From assembly GCA_013239625.1 (NCBI GenBank), contig MU054323.1, forward strand, positions 5,631,220 to 5,695,219: a DNA stretch of 64,000 nucleotides, read 5' to 3'. The DNA is from Lama guanicoe (Eukaryota). Made by a program: the position numbers and the translations under genes. Each line of letters begins with the position of its first letter. The stretch's first letter is position 1. Under the pieces are notes generated by a model. It made no database searches, was not told the origin of the DNA, and worked only from the letters and a program-made list of their open reading frames with translations. This document shows positions 24,946 through 39,029 of this stretch, piece by piece.

Positions 24946-27900
24946 TTGAAGTCAAAGCTTTTCAGAAAGTCTTGGACTAAGTTGACCTGGATCGTCTAGA
25001 AGCTATAGCAACCCATTCATACCAGGAAATGTGTCCTCTGGGTGATAAGCTCATTTATCAACACCATCTCCTTCTATCCAGGACCCAGGACGTTTTCTGC
25101 CCTATGGAAGATGTGTAGTTTTGGACATCTGCAGTCCAAAACACAGTCAAGCGACGTGATAGGTAGATAAAACAGAAATTCAGATTTGGGGGTTTTGTGA
25201 GTTGTTTTTTTTTTTTTAACGATTTCTACTTTTAACATTTGTTTCAGTAATTTGCTCTCCATTTACTCCAATTACATTTCCAAAACACCACGTTATTAGT
25301 CCACTTTGGTGACATATCTCAGTAAGCTCGGCTGTGGTTCAGATTCATAACAGTTTGTCAGTTTCATGTCCTTCTCTCCCTTTCTACTCCTTGGGGCAGG
25401 AGAACGGGAGGGGGAGGTCGACAGAGGCAGGGTTTTGGCAGGAGATTGGAACTTGGACAGATGTTATCGCTTGCCAGACGTGTGTTCCCAGAAGTGCGGG
25501 GCCAGAACCTGGATGACTGTCCCTGTGAAGGGAGCATGCTCACAATCATCTCAGTGCTAGCGGGAGGCCTACTGTCCTATTTCCCTCTTTCTTGCACATA
25601 ATGAGAATTTGGAGAGAGACTTTCTTTCACAGCAGGAAAGGTAGGAAGGAGTTATTGCCATTTTTAGAATTCAGATCCTTTTGCTGGCACTGTTATACTT
25701 AAATTGTCTCCTTTTCTCTCTTTCTTTCCAAGTTTATATGACAATGGCCAGTTTAAGCCTTGTCTCCTCCAGGAAGCCCTCCCTGACTATGCCTGCTAGA
25801 TGCAATCAATTAGCCCTTCAAGAATAAAGTCCAACTCAACCAAGAAGCATCTACCACCAGTTCAGCCCTATAGTTATGCCAACATCTGATTTAGCTGTTA
25901 AAAGATACTGTGTTGTGTATTGACACAAATAATACAAGATAAAGAGTAGGAAAAAATTAAATAAATTAGCAACAAAGATCAAACAGCAACATAAGTTCAA
26001 ACAATGGTGCTTTCAGATGAAAATGAGGGACTACACGTAGCTGAGAATTATGGAAAGATATCAGGGTTCATCTGGCTCCGACTCTATTTGATGAATAAAT
26101 TCTTCTGAAAAAACAAAAATATTTCCAGCAAGCTCTAGCAAGCCCTCCATACTGTCCTACCTGAATCCTTAAAGAGGCAAGACGAGGGCAGGGAGGAAAT
26201 GAGGTCAGCAACCAGACAGAGTTTGATCAAGGATGGTGATCAGGTCGACTCCACTCTTGGAGGGATAGGAAGCTCTGGAAGGGTTTTAAGAAAAAAGTCA
26301 GAGTCTGATGTAAGTCTTACAGCATTCATACTGACTGCTCTGCCGAGAACAGAACAGATGGTTCAGGGCCCAGAGTGGAGGCTGGGAACCCAGGCAGGAG
26401 TCTCTCTTGCTTGTTCCTGCTGCTTCCTGGGTATCGTCTTCCCAGCCCATCTGCAATCTGTTGTAGGGCAGACTGTTCTGGTTTGTCTGGAAACCCCACT
26501 GCTTGGCTCCAGGGAACCTTCTAGAGCCCAAAACAGCTCCCTACATTCCACTCAATGAGTTTTCCTTTCCTTTGCAACCCAACTAAATGTGCCCACGCCA
26601 CTGTTTCCCAGGCATCACACCCTTCCCCCACATGGTCAACCTGCCCACATCCATGGTCAAATTCTCTTCAGATGGTGTTGGGGACCATAAATGGCTTCAC
26701 ACACTGGTTCTCACTGGGGTGCAAACGGCCATTGCAATCATCATTTCAGAATCGAAAACAGACTTTGCACAAAGTATTAGCAAGATTTTAGACTCTTCAT
26801 AAAAGTGCAAGAAAAAAAATGAGAACATATATTTCAAGTTTGAAATTATTTTGAATTAGATCATGAACATGGAATTCATCCATTGCCTGGAATGGCAAAG
26901 CCCTAGGAGGCTGTTTCATTGAGCCAACCCATTTTAGAGATGAGGAAGTCCCCAAATGAGAAGGCAACAGCAGAAAACCCACAGGACTGGTAACTCCTGA
27001 ACTCTGAAAATTGTAAAATATTTTGGGAATGAATAAGATGATGCTGATAAATGCTGATTGCATCATCATTATTCTTCTGCTAATTATTTTCTAAAGGGCC
27101 TCTCTCTCCATCTCCTTCAATCTCTTCCTCTCTGTGGCAACTCCATCCTATGGCTCAGAACTCCCTTGGCTTCTAGAGTCAGGCTTCTGGAGTATGAGCA
27201 GAGACAGTCCTAGAGATCCACATCTTGGTTCACCCCCTCCAGTGGATGCAGCCCCCTAAAAGGAGAGGTGATCTGGCTTGGGAAAACATAGATAGTTCCA
27301 GCACTGGTCCCTAACACCAGTCCTTGAGCAGGTCATCCACGTCATATCGCCTGGGGACATTTAAGAAAACATACACTTTCTCAAAAGCAGCAGAGAAAGA
27401 AGGAAATCCTTCTGACTTGCCATTGACTGGGCTCAGGTATGGTTTGGGTGCTGGCTTTTCAGAGGACCCCAGACACCTCAGAGAATCATGTTCTTCCAAA
27501 CAGAGAAGAGAGGAATCCTGTGGTCTAGAGTCTGAGTGCTGATGACACCACTGAAGCAGCAGATTAAATATTTTTGTGATTCCATAAGCAGAAAACAAAC
27601 TGCTCGATGAATGACAGGCGCTGCACAGATGCCACCTATTAAATAATTAAAATAAAGTAGAAATTAAAAATAAACAGTGGGAAATGATTTGAAACACACA
27701 CAACCAAAGGAAGCAGAAAGAGTAACTTGGGAATGGAGAAGTGAGTAAAATTAGATTTGAGTTATTTCTAAATTCAATTGCATCTAGATTAACTGGCTGT
27801 CTTTCTCCCATTGTCAGCATGAAATAAACAATACCTTAAACTGAGAAATCCTAGAAGCAAGTGCTATACTAATGCAGCAGCCATGGTGCTTTCGATGGGT

Positions 27901-27983
27901 AGAAAAGTGCCTGGATTTTGCTGATTAGGACAGAATGGGTAGATATAAAGTGAGATACAAAAAAAGAAAATGAAAATTGAATT

Positions 27984-28435
27984 TGTAGTGGTCAGCAAAC
28001 GCTGTGTAATGAGCAATTACAGAAACTTAGTGACACACAGATGTCCCTTACTTGTGGAGCTTTTGTGAATTTGCTGATGTACACTGGGCTTGTCTAGGCG
28101 GCTCTGCTTCAAGATGAAATTCAGGCTGGGAATGGTATATATCTCAACTCAAGTTTGTGCTCTGGTCTATTCCACAGTGCTTATTCTGGGATCCAGGCTA
28201 AAATGGCAAGAGCTACCCAGAGGAAGCTTGTTTCATGCTAATGACAGAAATTTCAAGAAGGTAGGTGGGAATTCACAATTCATTTCAAGCTTCAACCTAG
28301 AACTGGCCATTTCTACCATGTCCCCTTAGCCAGCATAAGTCTCATGGTCAAGTCCATGCACATGAAAAAGGGTATGATTATGGAATTCTAAGCCAGAGAT
28401 CAGGAATAATTGCGAACAGTGATTCAGCATCCCAT
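27984..28435 (-). mobile_element. Old MLT1 (H/I-like) LTR
   Basis: gctgtgtaatgagcaattacagaaacttagtg...attctgggatccaggct...ttagccagcataagtctcatggtcaagtcca. Confidence 0.7.
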
Positions 28436-28504
28436 GGGTTTTATTTAACATGATACTTTTCAAAGCCAGTTGTTTCTCAGGCCCTTCAAAATGATGTTCT
28501 AGTC

Positions 28505-28839
28505 CATGGTTTGGCAAACAATGGTACACAGGCCAAATTCAGCCTGCCACCTGGTTTTGTAGATCCTGAAAACTGAAAATGGTTTTTATCTATTTAAATG
28601 ATGGAGGAGGGGGGAACAATCAAAAGAGTAATGATGTCTGGGGATACCTTAAAATTATATGACCTTCACATATCAGTGTCTATAAATAAAGTTTTACTGT
28701 GACACGTCCACACTCATTCATTTATGTATTATCTATACTGCCTTTGCACCACAACAGCAGAGATGCAACAGAGACCACGTGGCCTGCACAATATACAATA
28801 TTTGCTAGCTGACCCTTTTAAAGAGCTTTCTGACCCTTG
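28505..28839. mobile_element. MER58B-like hAT-Charlie MITE
   Basis: Ends catggtttggcaaac / ttctgacccttg; internal aaataaagttttact...cactcattcatttatgtatt; flanks ttctagtc / gtctagaa fit the NTCTAGAN hAT target. Confidence 0.85.
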
Positions 28840-28856
28840 GTCTAGAACTGTCCAGA

Positions 28857-29995
28857 CCACTGTTGTCCAATAGAAAAATAATGTGAGCTATATGTGTAAT
28901 GTCAATTAGGCACAAAGTAATATTGTGATTTATAATGAGAAATATATATTTGGTCTTCCTCTCATTTCTAACACCCAAGCTCCTAAAAGCCTAAAACCCT
29001 TGTGATAAGGTGTCTTAATTTTCATTAAAAAAAAAAAACCCTTTCAATCACACTTAAGTTTATGTTAACCGGGTGGTTTTTGGAAAGCACCTAAGGATGG
29101 CAGCTGGTTGCCAAGGGAACCAATCGTGTAATTAGAGGGTTGGAACTTTCCTTCCTGCCCCCCTGACCTCCAGGGAAGGGAGAGAGGCTGGAGATGGAAT
29201 TTATGGCTAGTGGCCATTGGTTTTATCAATCATGCCTATGTAATGAAGCATCCACAAAAATCCAAAAGAATGGGGTTTAGAGAACTTCCAGGCTGGTGAA
29301 CACGTGGAGATTCCAGGAGAGCATTTGGCGCATTTGTAGAGCAGCACGCTCTGCAACACTCCCCACACACTTTGCCCTAAGACTGTCTTCTGCCTGCCTA
29401 TTCCTGAGTTATAGCCCTTTATAATAAACTGGTACTCTATTAAGTAAAATGTCTCTCTGCTCTGTGAGCCACTCTAGCAAATTAAGTGAACCCAAAAAGG
29501 GGGTGATAGGAACCTCCAATCTATAGCTAGTTGGTCAGAATCACAGGTGACAACTTGGACTTGTGACTGGCATCTGAAGTGGGGTCAGTCTTGTGCAGCT
29601 GAACCCTTGACCCGTGGGATCTGCCGATATCCAGACAGAGTGTCAGAACTGAGTTCAATTTGTGGGACACCCAGCTGGTGTCACAGAATTGCTTGATGGC
29701 ACGGAACATACACAGATACACTGGAGTTGGTGTCACAATAGCACACATCAAAAAGTAAAAAGACATAGGTGACATTAATTACAATAATATGTCTATGTAA
29801 TCAAATGTATCCAAAAGAGTACATTATGGAAAAGTATTAATGAGATATTTTACTTTTGTTTTTTGTACTGAGTCTATAAAACCTGATGTGTATTTTATAC
29901 TTACGGCACATCTCATTTCAGACTAATCATAATTCAAGTCATCAATAACCATATGGGCCAGTGGAGACCATGTAGGAAAGCAAAAATGTAGACCG
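28857..29995. mobile_element. MER33-like hAT-Charlie MITE split by a MER21 LTR
   Basis: ctgttgtccaatagaaaaataatgtgagc at the left; resumes at 29738 with cacatcaaaaagtaaaaagac...gtgtattttatacttacggcacatctcattt. Confidence 0.8.
28924..29737 (+). mobile_element. MER21-family solo LTR
   Basis: TG...CA ends; tgtgatttataatgagaaatatatatttggtc; gtaattagagggttggaactttc; catgcctatgtaatgaagc; ggtgacaacttggacttgtgactggcatctgaagtgggg. Confidence 0.88.
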
Positions 29996-30309
29996 TTTTT
30001 TATGTCCCCTCTGAAAAGCTTAATCCTGGGTGGTTTTTTTTTTTTCTTTTTTCAGATCTCTTCTTAAATCAACTTATTCTAAATAATCTCTCTTAGCTTG
30101 AAAGACTATAGAAAGTATATCTACAGCCAACATTATGTCATCTTGTGCCAGGAGAAGAGCTCCACCCGCAACAGATGCTCAAACATTGTTTGTTGGAAAA
30201 ATAAATATGTGAGTGAATGATGCACTTGGCCCTGTCATGTTTCTGGAGTCATTCTCTGACTTCTCCTTGTGCTGGATTCCTGTCCCTCTAATTAAACAGT
30301 TTGCTTCTT

Positions 30310-30875
30310 AAGTGTGATGACCAGGTATCTCCTATCAGACCAGCTCTCCTGCAGATAACAACTATACACTGTGGAAAATATTTTTTAAAACGGCAACATG
30401 AAAATGTCAAAAATAAGATGATACTTGGGGTGGGGGGGGAGCCACAATTGGAAGGAGGGAATGGCACTGGGTTAATTCTCTACTTTTATATTTTTTAACT
30501 GAAGGCAGACTTTCACTGAAGCAGCAAGTGTCACAGTTAAAACCTGGCAGAAATCCCTCAGAGGTCTTACTGGCTTGCTGATGCAGAGGACAGAATTCAT
30601 GGCCCCTGTAGTTGCTGGGAGGAGGAGAAGGTAATCCGAAAGGGAATGAGCCCAGGAGGGGGGCCCTGTATTCTGCTTTTAAGTTCTGCCCAAATCTCTG
30701 GCTGTCTCCAGAACAACACATGTGTGGGACAGACACGAAGATGCCCAGCTGAGTCTGAAAGAACAGAGCAGAGAATTTTGCTGCTATTTCTACTAAAGGA
30801 GACAGAGTTGAGAGTTTCAGTCCAGCCAACACTTTTCTGAGGAAGAGAACCAAAAAATCCAGAGTGTCTACCATG
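30310..30875 (+). mobile_element. L1ME-type 5' UTR fragment
   Basis: ctcctgcagataacaactata; gtcttactggcttg; tctgcccaaatctctggctg; aaaatccagagtgtcta. Confidence 0.65.
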
Positions 30876-30949
30876 TCTCATTGAGAACATCCCAGATACA
30901 ATTTTAAATGACTAAAGACTTTATTCCTGCATATCTTCCTGGAAAATTT

Positions 30950-31200
30950 TCAATGCAAACATCAGTTTTACTAAGAAGTTCCTCCTGCCCTACTCCCTCC
31001 TCTGCCCAGTCTCTAAACCCAGGGCATTTCTCTCTGTCATAGGATGCTTCCCAATTTAGAATAATTTCTTTTTTAACATCTCTCCCTCATTATACTATGA
31101 GTTGTATAAAAGCATAAACCTGACCTAGTTCCTCGTGGTCTCCCCAGTGCCAAGCCCCGTCCATAGTAAGTCTCCAACAAATGTGCATTGCATGGATGGA
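30950..31200 (+). mobile_element. L2 3' end
   Basis: tctccccagtgccaagccccgtccatagtaagtctccaacaaatgtgcattgcatggatgga tail. Confidence 0.6.
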
Positions 31201-32109
31201 GGAAACAAAAGAAAAAGACTTCATTTATTTCTGCAAATTAAAGGTCTAAAAAATTTTATAAAATCCTTTTGACTCAGATGAGAGCTTTCTGTAATTCTCA
31301 CAAGACTAGAGTTTAAGGTAACAACAACAGCTCTTCACATTTCTATAACATTTATCATTTACACAACACCGAACATAATCTCACTTAATCCTTTTTGACA
31401 ACCCGATTATGCATTAGTACCCGAACATTACAGCTGAGAAATTCAACCAAAAACATTGACTTGTCCAAGATCTCTGGCATATGACTGAACATGAACAGAA
31501 CGTTGGCCCAAACTTAGGTCTTTGGATTAAAGGTTGGGTTTGTTTCGTTGTTTGTGTTCATGACATACACCCCCTGAGGATAAATTAAGCTCACCCCTGA
31601 CACGTTTGCAAAAGGAGGCTTCATGGAAGATGGAACGTTAAGATGAGTCTTCAACGACGGTTAAGTGGATAGACAGAGAGGCAAGTACAAAGTGCTTGAT
31701 GCAGGAAGATGGATGTAAAACAAAAGTGCCAAGGCAGAGAAGTCTATAGTTTACTCCCAGAGCTCATAGAGACTGGCCCAAGAGGGGCTCTCATGGTTGA
31801 AGAAGCCCCCACCACCCCCACCTCCACTATGGCCTCTTTCTTTCCAACCAGGTCTTCCATTCACATTGGACATGAATCTGAACATGGCTTTACATCAAGC
31901 AGACAGCTCTGGGGGACACAAGTGATGTCTGCAGCAGCTGATGCAAAGTCAGAGCTGGGCTTTGAGATCACACAGTCAGCCCCACCCCACCCTCCAGCAA
32001 GAGGCTCCCTACCGCACCTGCCGGAGAACCCCCAGTGAGTGACAGGGTGCTCTATCCCAGGGAGCCCCCAAAACTTTATGGAGCATCTTGAAATGACCAG
32101 TCATTTTTG

Positions 32110-32372
32110 AAAATGGGCACTGGAACCCGCTTGCATCAAAATCACTGTGGGTAGTTTTTAGAAATAAATTTTCCCCATTTCTTGTATGATAATTCTGACT
32201 CTCTAGGTATAGAATGAGTCTTTAAACATGATTCCCAGACTCTGTATCAGACAAGCTAAATCAAAATTACCTAGGGAGGGGTGTGGGAACTGGTTCTTTA
32301 AAAAATCTGTCCACATGGTTTTTAAAAAACCTTCCCAAATGGTTCTACAGCGAGGCTGGTTGGGAACTGCTG
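32110..32372. mobile_element. MER5-like hAT-Charlie MITE
   Basis: tgcatcaaaatcactg...attcccagactc...aaatcaaaattacctaggg...ttgggaactgctg. Confidence 0.6.
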
Positions 32373-33469
32373 AATTGGAGTATTCTGATTTCCAGCCCAA
32401 ATCTCCATCTGGCCCCTCTGCCTGTCTCCCCCTGCTCTGTCCCCTAGAGCCACCAAAGCTTTTAGGGCTTCCTCCTCAAGACACCTGCTCAGTGTTTGAA
32501 AAATAAAAGCCATCAACTCCTTCTAAGTCTTTTCTTTTTAGGACTAAAAGGAACATCACAGCAAGAAAAAGAGTGATTTGCGTGCTAGGAGCCTCCAGAA
32601 ATTAGTCTCAAAATAGTATTTGCTTCAGGGAATTTTTTTTTATTATTATTCAGAAACAAAGTGTTGAAAGTGTAGGGAAAAATCAAACTGATTTGCTTCA
32701 CCTATGTATCAATGTATTCCAAATGCTGAGGAACTCCTTTCTCTGAGTCAGTTTTGTTTCAGCAAGTGACCCCGGGGAAAATTAAAGAAGAAATGGCTCA
32801 GGCAGATCCATGAATTGCCCACTCCCAGCTCTTCTCAGCAGGGAAGGGAACAGGTTCCATCCTTTGCCCGCAGACTCCATGCAGAGCCCCTGTCGGCATG
32901 CTGAGATGTCCGGGTTCAGCGGGGTTGGGCTCTGGATCTGGGGGAAGGGATCACCTGTACATTCATGTCCTGGGCACCCACCTGGAGCAGAAAGCTGAGA
33001 AGCCCAGTCGGAGGTTCAATGCACAAGCCTCGTCCCTCCAACAGAGCCCTGGCATCTGAAGAGCCTGTGCGCATCAGCTGGTCCTGGGAAGGGAGGGCTT
33101 GAAGGTCATAGTTCCCTGGACGCAATGGTACATTAAGCACAAGTGCTTATTCCTCAGACTGGATTTATTTTATCACTGGCCAACCATTGGTCCTGTTAGT
33201 CCCAGCAGGGTGGATGGGTTTCCCCAGTGGGCATCCCCTTTGTGTGCTGACCACATTTCTCCATGACACACTTGATACCAAACGTTGATGAAATAAAGAA
33301 GGGCGTTGAAATAAAGCATCAAACATAATTAATGTTGATCTATCCTTGAGGCAGACAGTGAGTCCAAAACTGCTAGGCCTCAAAATTGTGTTACTGCCTG
33401 AGAGATGAGGGTAAGGGATGGGTTAAGAATTCTTGCCATAGATATGGATAATCTTTCACTTAAGATGTT

Positions 33470-33670
33470 CACAGTCCTCAAAAGTCTTTCTTATGCTTCA
33501 TCCCAGCTTAGGGTCAAAAAAATCCAGTTCCATAGGCAAGGTAACTACTATCATTCCATTTTACAGATCAGAAAGTTGAGGTTGAAAATTCATATCAAAG
33601 GTGGCAGAGGTAGAAAGTAGCAGAACTGGGACTCAAACTCTGCTGACCTCCAAGTCCAAGATCTTTCCAA
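33470..33670 (-). mobile_element. MIR SINE
   Basis: tatcattccattttacagatcagaaagttgagg...gaactgggactcaaactctgctgacctccaagtcca. Confidence 0.7.
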
Positions 33671-35499
33671 GAGATGACCTTCTTTATGAAAGCCAAAGGG
33701 ACTACGTAGCAGAATCCACTGGCACCCAGGAGCCTCTACCCTCAGCACTCAAGATGCCTGTTCTAAAATATTACCTTTCCTGTCGTCAGCATGGCTTTGT
33801 TTCTATTGTTTCTACGAACAACCAGGATCACCTAGCCTAGATGAACCAGCAAAGTCCTAAGGAGACAGAAGCCGGCACGTCCAGTCTTGTCATCAGCAAG
33901 TCTCATCCAAGATGTTTGGATTCACAGGCCCAGCAATAGGACTTACACATTAAGAGGGCCTCCCTCTCTCCTCTGCAGTCAGGGGCAAGAGCTACCATAC
34001 AGCATAACAAGGATGGGGGAGAGGAGACTAAGGTCCTTCAACCCAGGAATATTTGACAAGCAAGACTGGACAGGGAGTAGGGAGGGCTGATCCAAGAAAC
34101 CAAAAAGAGGAGAGGTCAGAAGTGAATCCTATCAAGGAAGGGGCTCAGCACCATCACAGCGCACCTCACTCAGGAGGAAAACTGAGGTGGGCACACTTCA
34201 CAGCAGCTTCGAGCTGTGTACCTTCCCCATGGCTGTTCATTTTTACCTGATTCCTTCAATTACTAAATGAAAATCTCAGGGGTAAACAGAGAGTTAGGGG
34301 TGAGGGAGGAGGAAGGAGGCTGTGGCAGGGGACCTGGAAGGGGGACACAGGGAGGGCTGGAGAACAGACGGAGGCAGCAAAAGTGATCCAAAAGCACAGA
34401 CCCCTTACTAGCCAAGATGGTGTCCTTGCAAGAATTATAAAAGAAGAAACAGACCTTGCTTTCTCGAGACACTTTATGGCCATCTGCTGGAAAATTGGCA
34501 TAATGGTGATATAAACTTAGGATGACAAGGAATGTGAGTAACGCTCCCTGGGGTTGTCCAGGCGCAGTGCACAACCGGGAGCCGACCCCTCACCTCTGCA
34601 GCAGGCGTGGGGAGGGCACGGCTGCGTTAACTACTAGGAGTCCGCACCTGGGACCTGGAGCCGCTCAGCCTGTCCCTTCACAGTTTCCTCCAGCCCTCAC
34701 TCAGATGAGAACTCCTGTCCCACAACAAAGAAGGGAATCCTGACGTCCTCCTCTCTTTCTGCTTCCTTTGGTTCTTGCCAGCCCCTTCCCTGCTCCAGAC
34801 GGGCCAGCTGTATCAAGACACTTGGCCTCTAGGTTCACACTGACGGTCACGGCTGCTTCCACTGCAAAGGTAGAGTGCAGGGATGCTCAGAAAACAGGAC
34901 ACTGCATCTGCATATGACATTCCCCTGGGCACACACCATTCATTCATTCTTTCCTGCGAGCATATCCTTCTCCTCTAGAGGAATGGAAGAGAAGGACTCT
35001 TTGGGGGCCAGAGGGTGGGGAAAGTACAGAAAGGAGATGCATAAGAACTTAGGAATCATGGAACCAACCTGGAGCAGAGCTGGGAGGGATCTGGGCTTCA
35101 TCCGGCCCAGCCCCCTGGCTTAAATATGGTGAAATAAGGTGCCTGGAGGGGAAGGTGTCCCAATCCCCATTTTCCACTGGGGGCACAGTGGGGAGCTAGG
35201 ATTAACTCAGATCTCTTAACTCCCTGACCGAAGCTGCATTTCAGGGCTTCAAGGTACACAAGGCAGCTCAGTTCCAAAAGAGACATAAACTGGGCTCTGG
35301 GGTTCATAAGAGCCACAAACAGGGCCTGACCAATTAAGCCTCAGACCACCAGCCCACAGGCACTGCCCACACACACGTGGCATCCTACAAATGCATGTGA
35401 AACACGCACGGACCGAAACCTAACCACCCGGACACAAACAGCACCCAGGCAGGTGCACACAGCACATATTCACACGGGCAGGTAAAAATAGCACCAGAG

Positions 35500-35660
35500 C
35501 CCATTTGCTGGGCTTCTCCAATGTGCCAGCCTCTGTCCTGGGTAATTTGTATTCATTATCTCATTACCCTCCCAATAATCCCGCCTGTGAACCCCGCATC
35601 ACAGAAAAGAAAATGAGGCTCAGAGAGACTGAGTAGCTCACCCAAAACCACACAAGTGAT
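35500..35660 (-). mobile_element. MIR SINE
   Basis: atgtgccagcctctgtcctggg...aaatgaggctcagagagactgagtagctcacccaaaaccacaca. Confidence 0.7.
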
Positions 35661-35789
35661 GCCATATATAAATGTATATACACATCCATTATGAAATATA
35701 TTAGAACACATGTATGTTATACTACTACTAACATGTAATGTTAGGAGAGAGAACGGCAATGATGATAAAGATGTGTAATAGTAACGAGG

Positions 35790-35985
35790 ATGATGATGGC
35801 CAACTTTCTAAGGTGCTGTTCTAAGCCCCTCAGCATTCCAAGCCCTCTCCATGAATTAGTTTATTTCATCTTCACAGTAATGCTGTCAACTTGGTACCAC
35901 TTTGTAGGCGAGAAGACTATAGCCCAGAGAAGCTAAGTAGATTTCCCCAGGTCCCCCACCTGCTAAGTAGGAGAACTAGATGTGA
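35790..35985 (-). mobile_element. MIR SINE
   Basis: tttatttcatcttcacagtaa...gcccagagaagctaagtagatttccccaggtcccccacctgctaagta. Confidence 0.65.
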
Positions 35986-38932
35986 ACACAGTCACAGGGC
36001 TTCATGGGGATCAGGAGGAGAGGCTGTGGCCAGGCCCACCCTGGGCTCTGGATTCAGCCCCGAGGCTGACCCCTTCATCCTTCCAGGCGGGCTCTCTCGG
36101 GAGGGATCATTCCCGCCAGCCCTGTGTCCTCCGCCCCTGCTCACCTCTGCTGAATTTCAGCTGCAGCCAGCCAGCAAGAAGGCCGCGCTCGGGGTCTCCT
36201 GGGGACGGAGCAGTGAAGGCTCGGTGTCCCCGGGGGAGGGAGTCAGGCTGCTTGTTCAACAGCTGAGAGCTTTGGCGCCGTTTTCCAGGTGGCTGGGTCC
36301 AGGGCTGAGGGAAAGCCAGGGAGCTGACCCTGGTGCCTGCCATACCCCGGCAGCCGGCCCCTCTCACCGCCCGCCCGCCCATGCAGCCGGCCTCTCAGGC
36401 TGACTGCCTTCACATGCTCCCCTCTCCTCCCAAGCCAGCCCCTCTCCCAGGCCCTCTCTTTCAGCAGATCAATCCATTCTGTAAGAGCAGAAGAGTGAAG
36501 AAGAGATCAGGCTACAGGGATGGAATGCATGGCCCCGATAAGAGAAAGAAGAACCACCATCTGCGGCACAAGGGGGCGTGGAGGGGATAATAGCCCAGAC
36601 CCTGTGTTCCGTTCAGCCACACAATGGGCAGCTTTCAGCAGGCGCCCTCCTGGTCTCTAATCTAGCAGGAAGGGCACATGTGCAGTCTATTAGCATTTAT
36701 TTTCCCTTTCTGCTTTGTACTGATAACCCACTTTCTGACCCAACCTCTCGCTTTCTTTTCACTCCACATTATAATTCTGCTTTCTTAAAATCCTATTCAG
36801 CTATATTAAAAAAAAAAAACTTCTAACTCTCTCTCTCTCTACTTTTCTTTCTACCTTTTGAAAGCACATCAGTAATTTTTTATTTTTTTTCCTCGGCTGA
36901 ACCAAGGTGACTCCTACAAAGGATATACCATTCTGGATCGTAATGATGGTTCAAGAGCTAAGGGACAGGTAGCGTTCTTCAGGCTATATTTATAAATTCA
37001 CTAATAGAAACCAGCATAAAGGTTGAACCTCAGCAGTGAAACACACAGCTGTCACAGAAACTGGACGCCCAGAACAGGCAAAAGGTACCCGGCCAGCTCT
37101 GCTCTCCGAAGAGCCTGAAACGGAGCACCTCACATGTGGGCTCAGGCCCGACCCTCCTGGGATCGCCCAGTGGTCAGCACTCCTACTCACCCTGTTAGTT
37201 GTTTTCAACAAAATTTGCCTAAGGTAAAATGGAGAGTTTAATCAATGGTTAATGATTCTGAAGGCAGACATTTCACGAAACCTTCTTAAGCTCTTCGTCT
37301 GAGAAAACTAGCAAATTGCTCGTAACCACAGAACGTGGCACCTTCTGCAGCCAACACCCTCTGTTCATTACTGGAGCCTCCCCGACAGGAGTTAAACCTA
37401 TTGATCACTGGAATGTCCTAAAACAGCAGCTGGATAAACGAGAACACAGCTGGCTTGTAACTACCGTGTGGAATTCAGAGGTTGCCGTCTGAGCCCAAGT
37501 TTTATGCCGCGTGTGCTAGTTTGGTGTGGTCTATTTGTACTCCTTCTGTGGCTTAAAAACAACCCACCAACATAACAAAATGAATAGGCATTTCTAACCC
37601 AGGGGAAATTTCCTGGACACCACGGTGATGCTGGATGGTTGTGTAAATATTAAGAGAAATTTGGATTCACAACTTCATCTAAGGGAGTCATTTCTCACAG
37701 AAGTCTGACCTCCTGCCGCCCTTGAGAAATATAAAAATCTCCAGGAAATTGGCCACATGTACGAGAGAACAAGAACACGGGATGAGTGACACCCGGGTTC
37801 TCACCCAGGCAGGCTTTTTCTTTTCTTAGAAGGGTACCGGCTTCCTTAACCACAGGTGTGAGGAAGATGAAGGACTGGACTTCAGAGAAACTTCTGACTG
37901 CGTAGGTCAAGGTGAAGTGGAGAAGAACATGTTCTGGTCGTGGATGACAAGGAAGGGCAAGGGTCATGACTTCTTCCAGTCAATAGAAGGTCTTTAGGCA
38001 GATGACCCAATGGGCCAAATCAGCAGGACCTGAATGTTGGGTCATTTCCTCAGGAGTGGAGGCTGTGGTGGATTCAAGCGTTCATCCTCTCTTCACCATG
38101 CTTTTATGAAAACGTCTGGGAAATAGCCAGAGATCAAGGAAGATGCTGAGTTGTGTCTGACTTGACCAGGTCCAAACGGGGACCAGGCCCTGGCCCTCAA
38201 GTCTCCATGTGTCCATCTAGGACTGGAGGCTGATCCAGGCTGGTGATAACGGGAGGGGGCCATGGAAGGGTCCTCGCCACATGCCTGCTCATGAGGATGG
38301 TCTGTAGAAATGCAGACTGGACAAGATCGCAAACTCAGTGGCCTCCGGAGGCCAGGCAGGTAATGTAAGTGAGGGAAATGGGCTGAGAAAGAGCCTTCTG
38401 TGGCAAACTAGAGAGCCTGCCTGCATCCTGGCTCCAGGACAGCCACTTCTCAGTTCTAGTGTCATCAGTGTGTTGCTGGACAGGAAGACAAGTCCTATGT
38501 GGCCAGACAATGCAGACTTCCAAGAGACACAGAAAATCGATTCTGTTTAATGTTGTCCAGTAATCCAAATGTTTTAAACTATTATGCAGGCCAGATCTGG
38601 ACCTCGGGCCATCAGTGGGCAACCTTATTGCAAAGAACATCGAATCCGTCATTTATATCATTAACAGGTGTCTCCACAGTATCCATCTGGACCAAGACCT
38701 TATTTCTCCAGTGAAATTAGGCAAACATTTCTGTCTCCCTGGACCTTGGTGCCCTCCGTGTAGAAGATATTTTAATTCCCAACTGCAATTTCAGATGTTT
38801 TCTTTCAGGGTTCATTCAGGTATTCAGAGTGTCCTAAGTACTAAGGATTCCAAGGTGATAGTCAAGATACTTGCTCTCACACGGCTCCCATGCTAGGTGG
38901 GAAGGTAGGAAGAGAGGTACAAAATATATATT

Positions 38933-39020
38933 CACACACACATATATACATACGTATGTATACATAAAAACATACACATATATGTGCGTGCACATGTGCA
39001 CATGCATGGACACATATGCA
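38933..39020. repeat. Low-complexity (CA/TA/TG)n tract
   Basis: cacacacacatatatacatacgtatgtatacata...tgtgcgtgcacatgtgcacatgca. Confidence 0.85.
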
Positions 39021-39029
39021 TTCACAGTC

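Noticed and set aside
36030..36460. GC-rich patch with GC boxes as a possible CpG-island promoter
   Set aside because: Short, with only moderate CpG density and no associated first exon; an enhancer cannot be excluded.
37857..38360. Possible exon after cttccttaaccacag
   Set aside because: Frames close early and the peptides are unrecognised; support is too weak.
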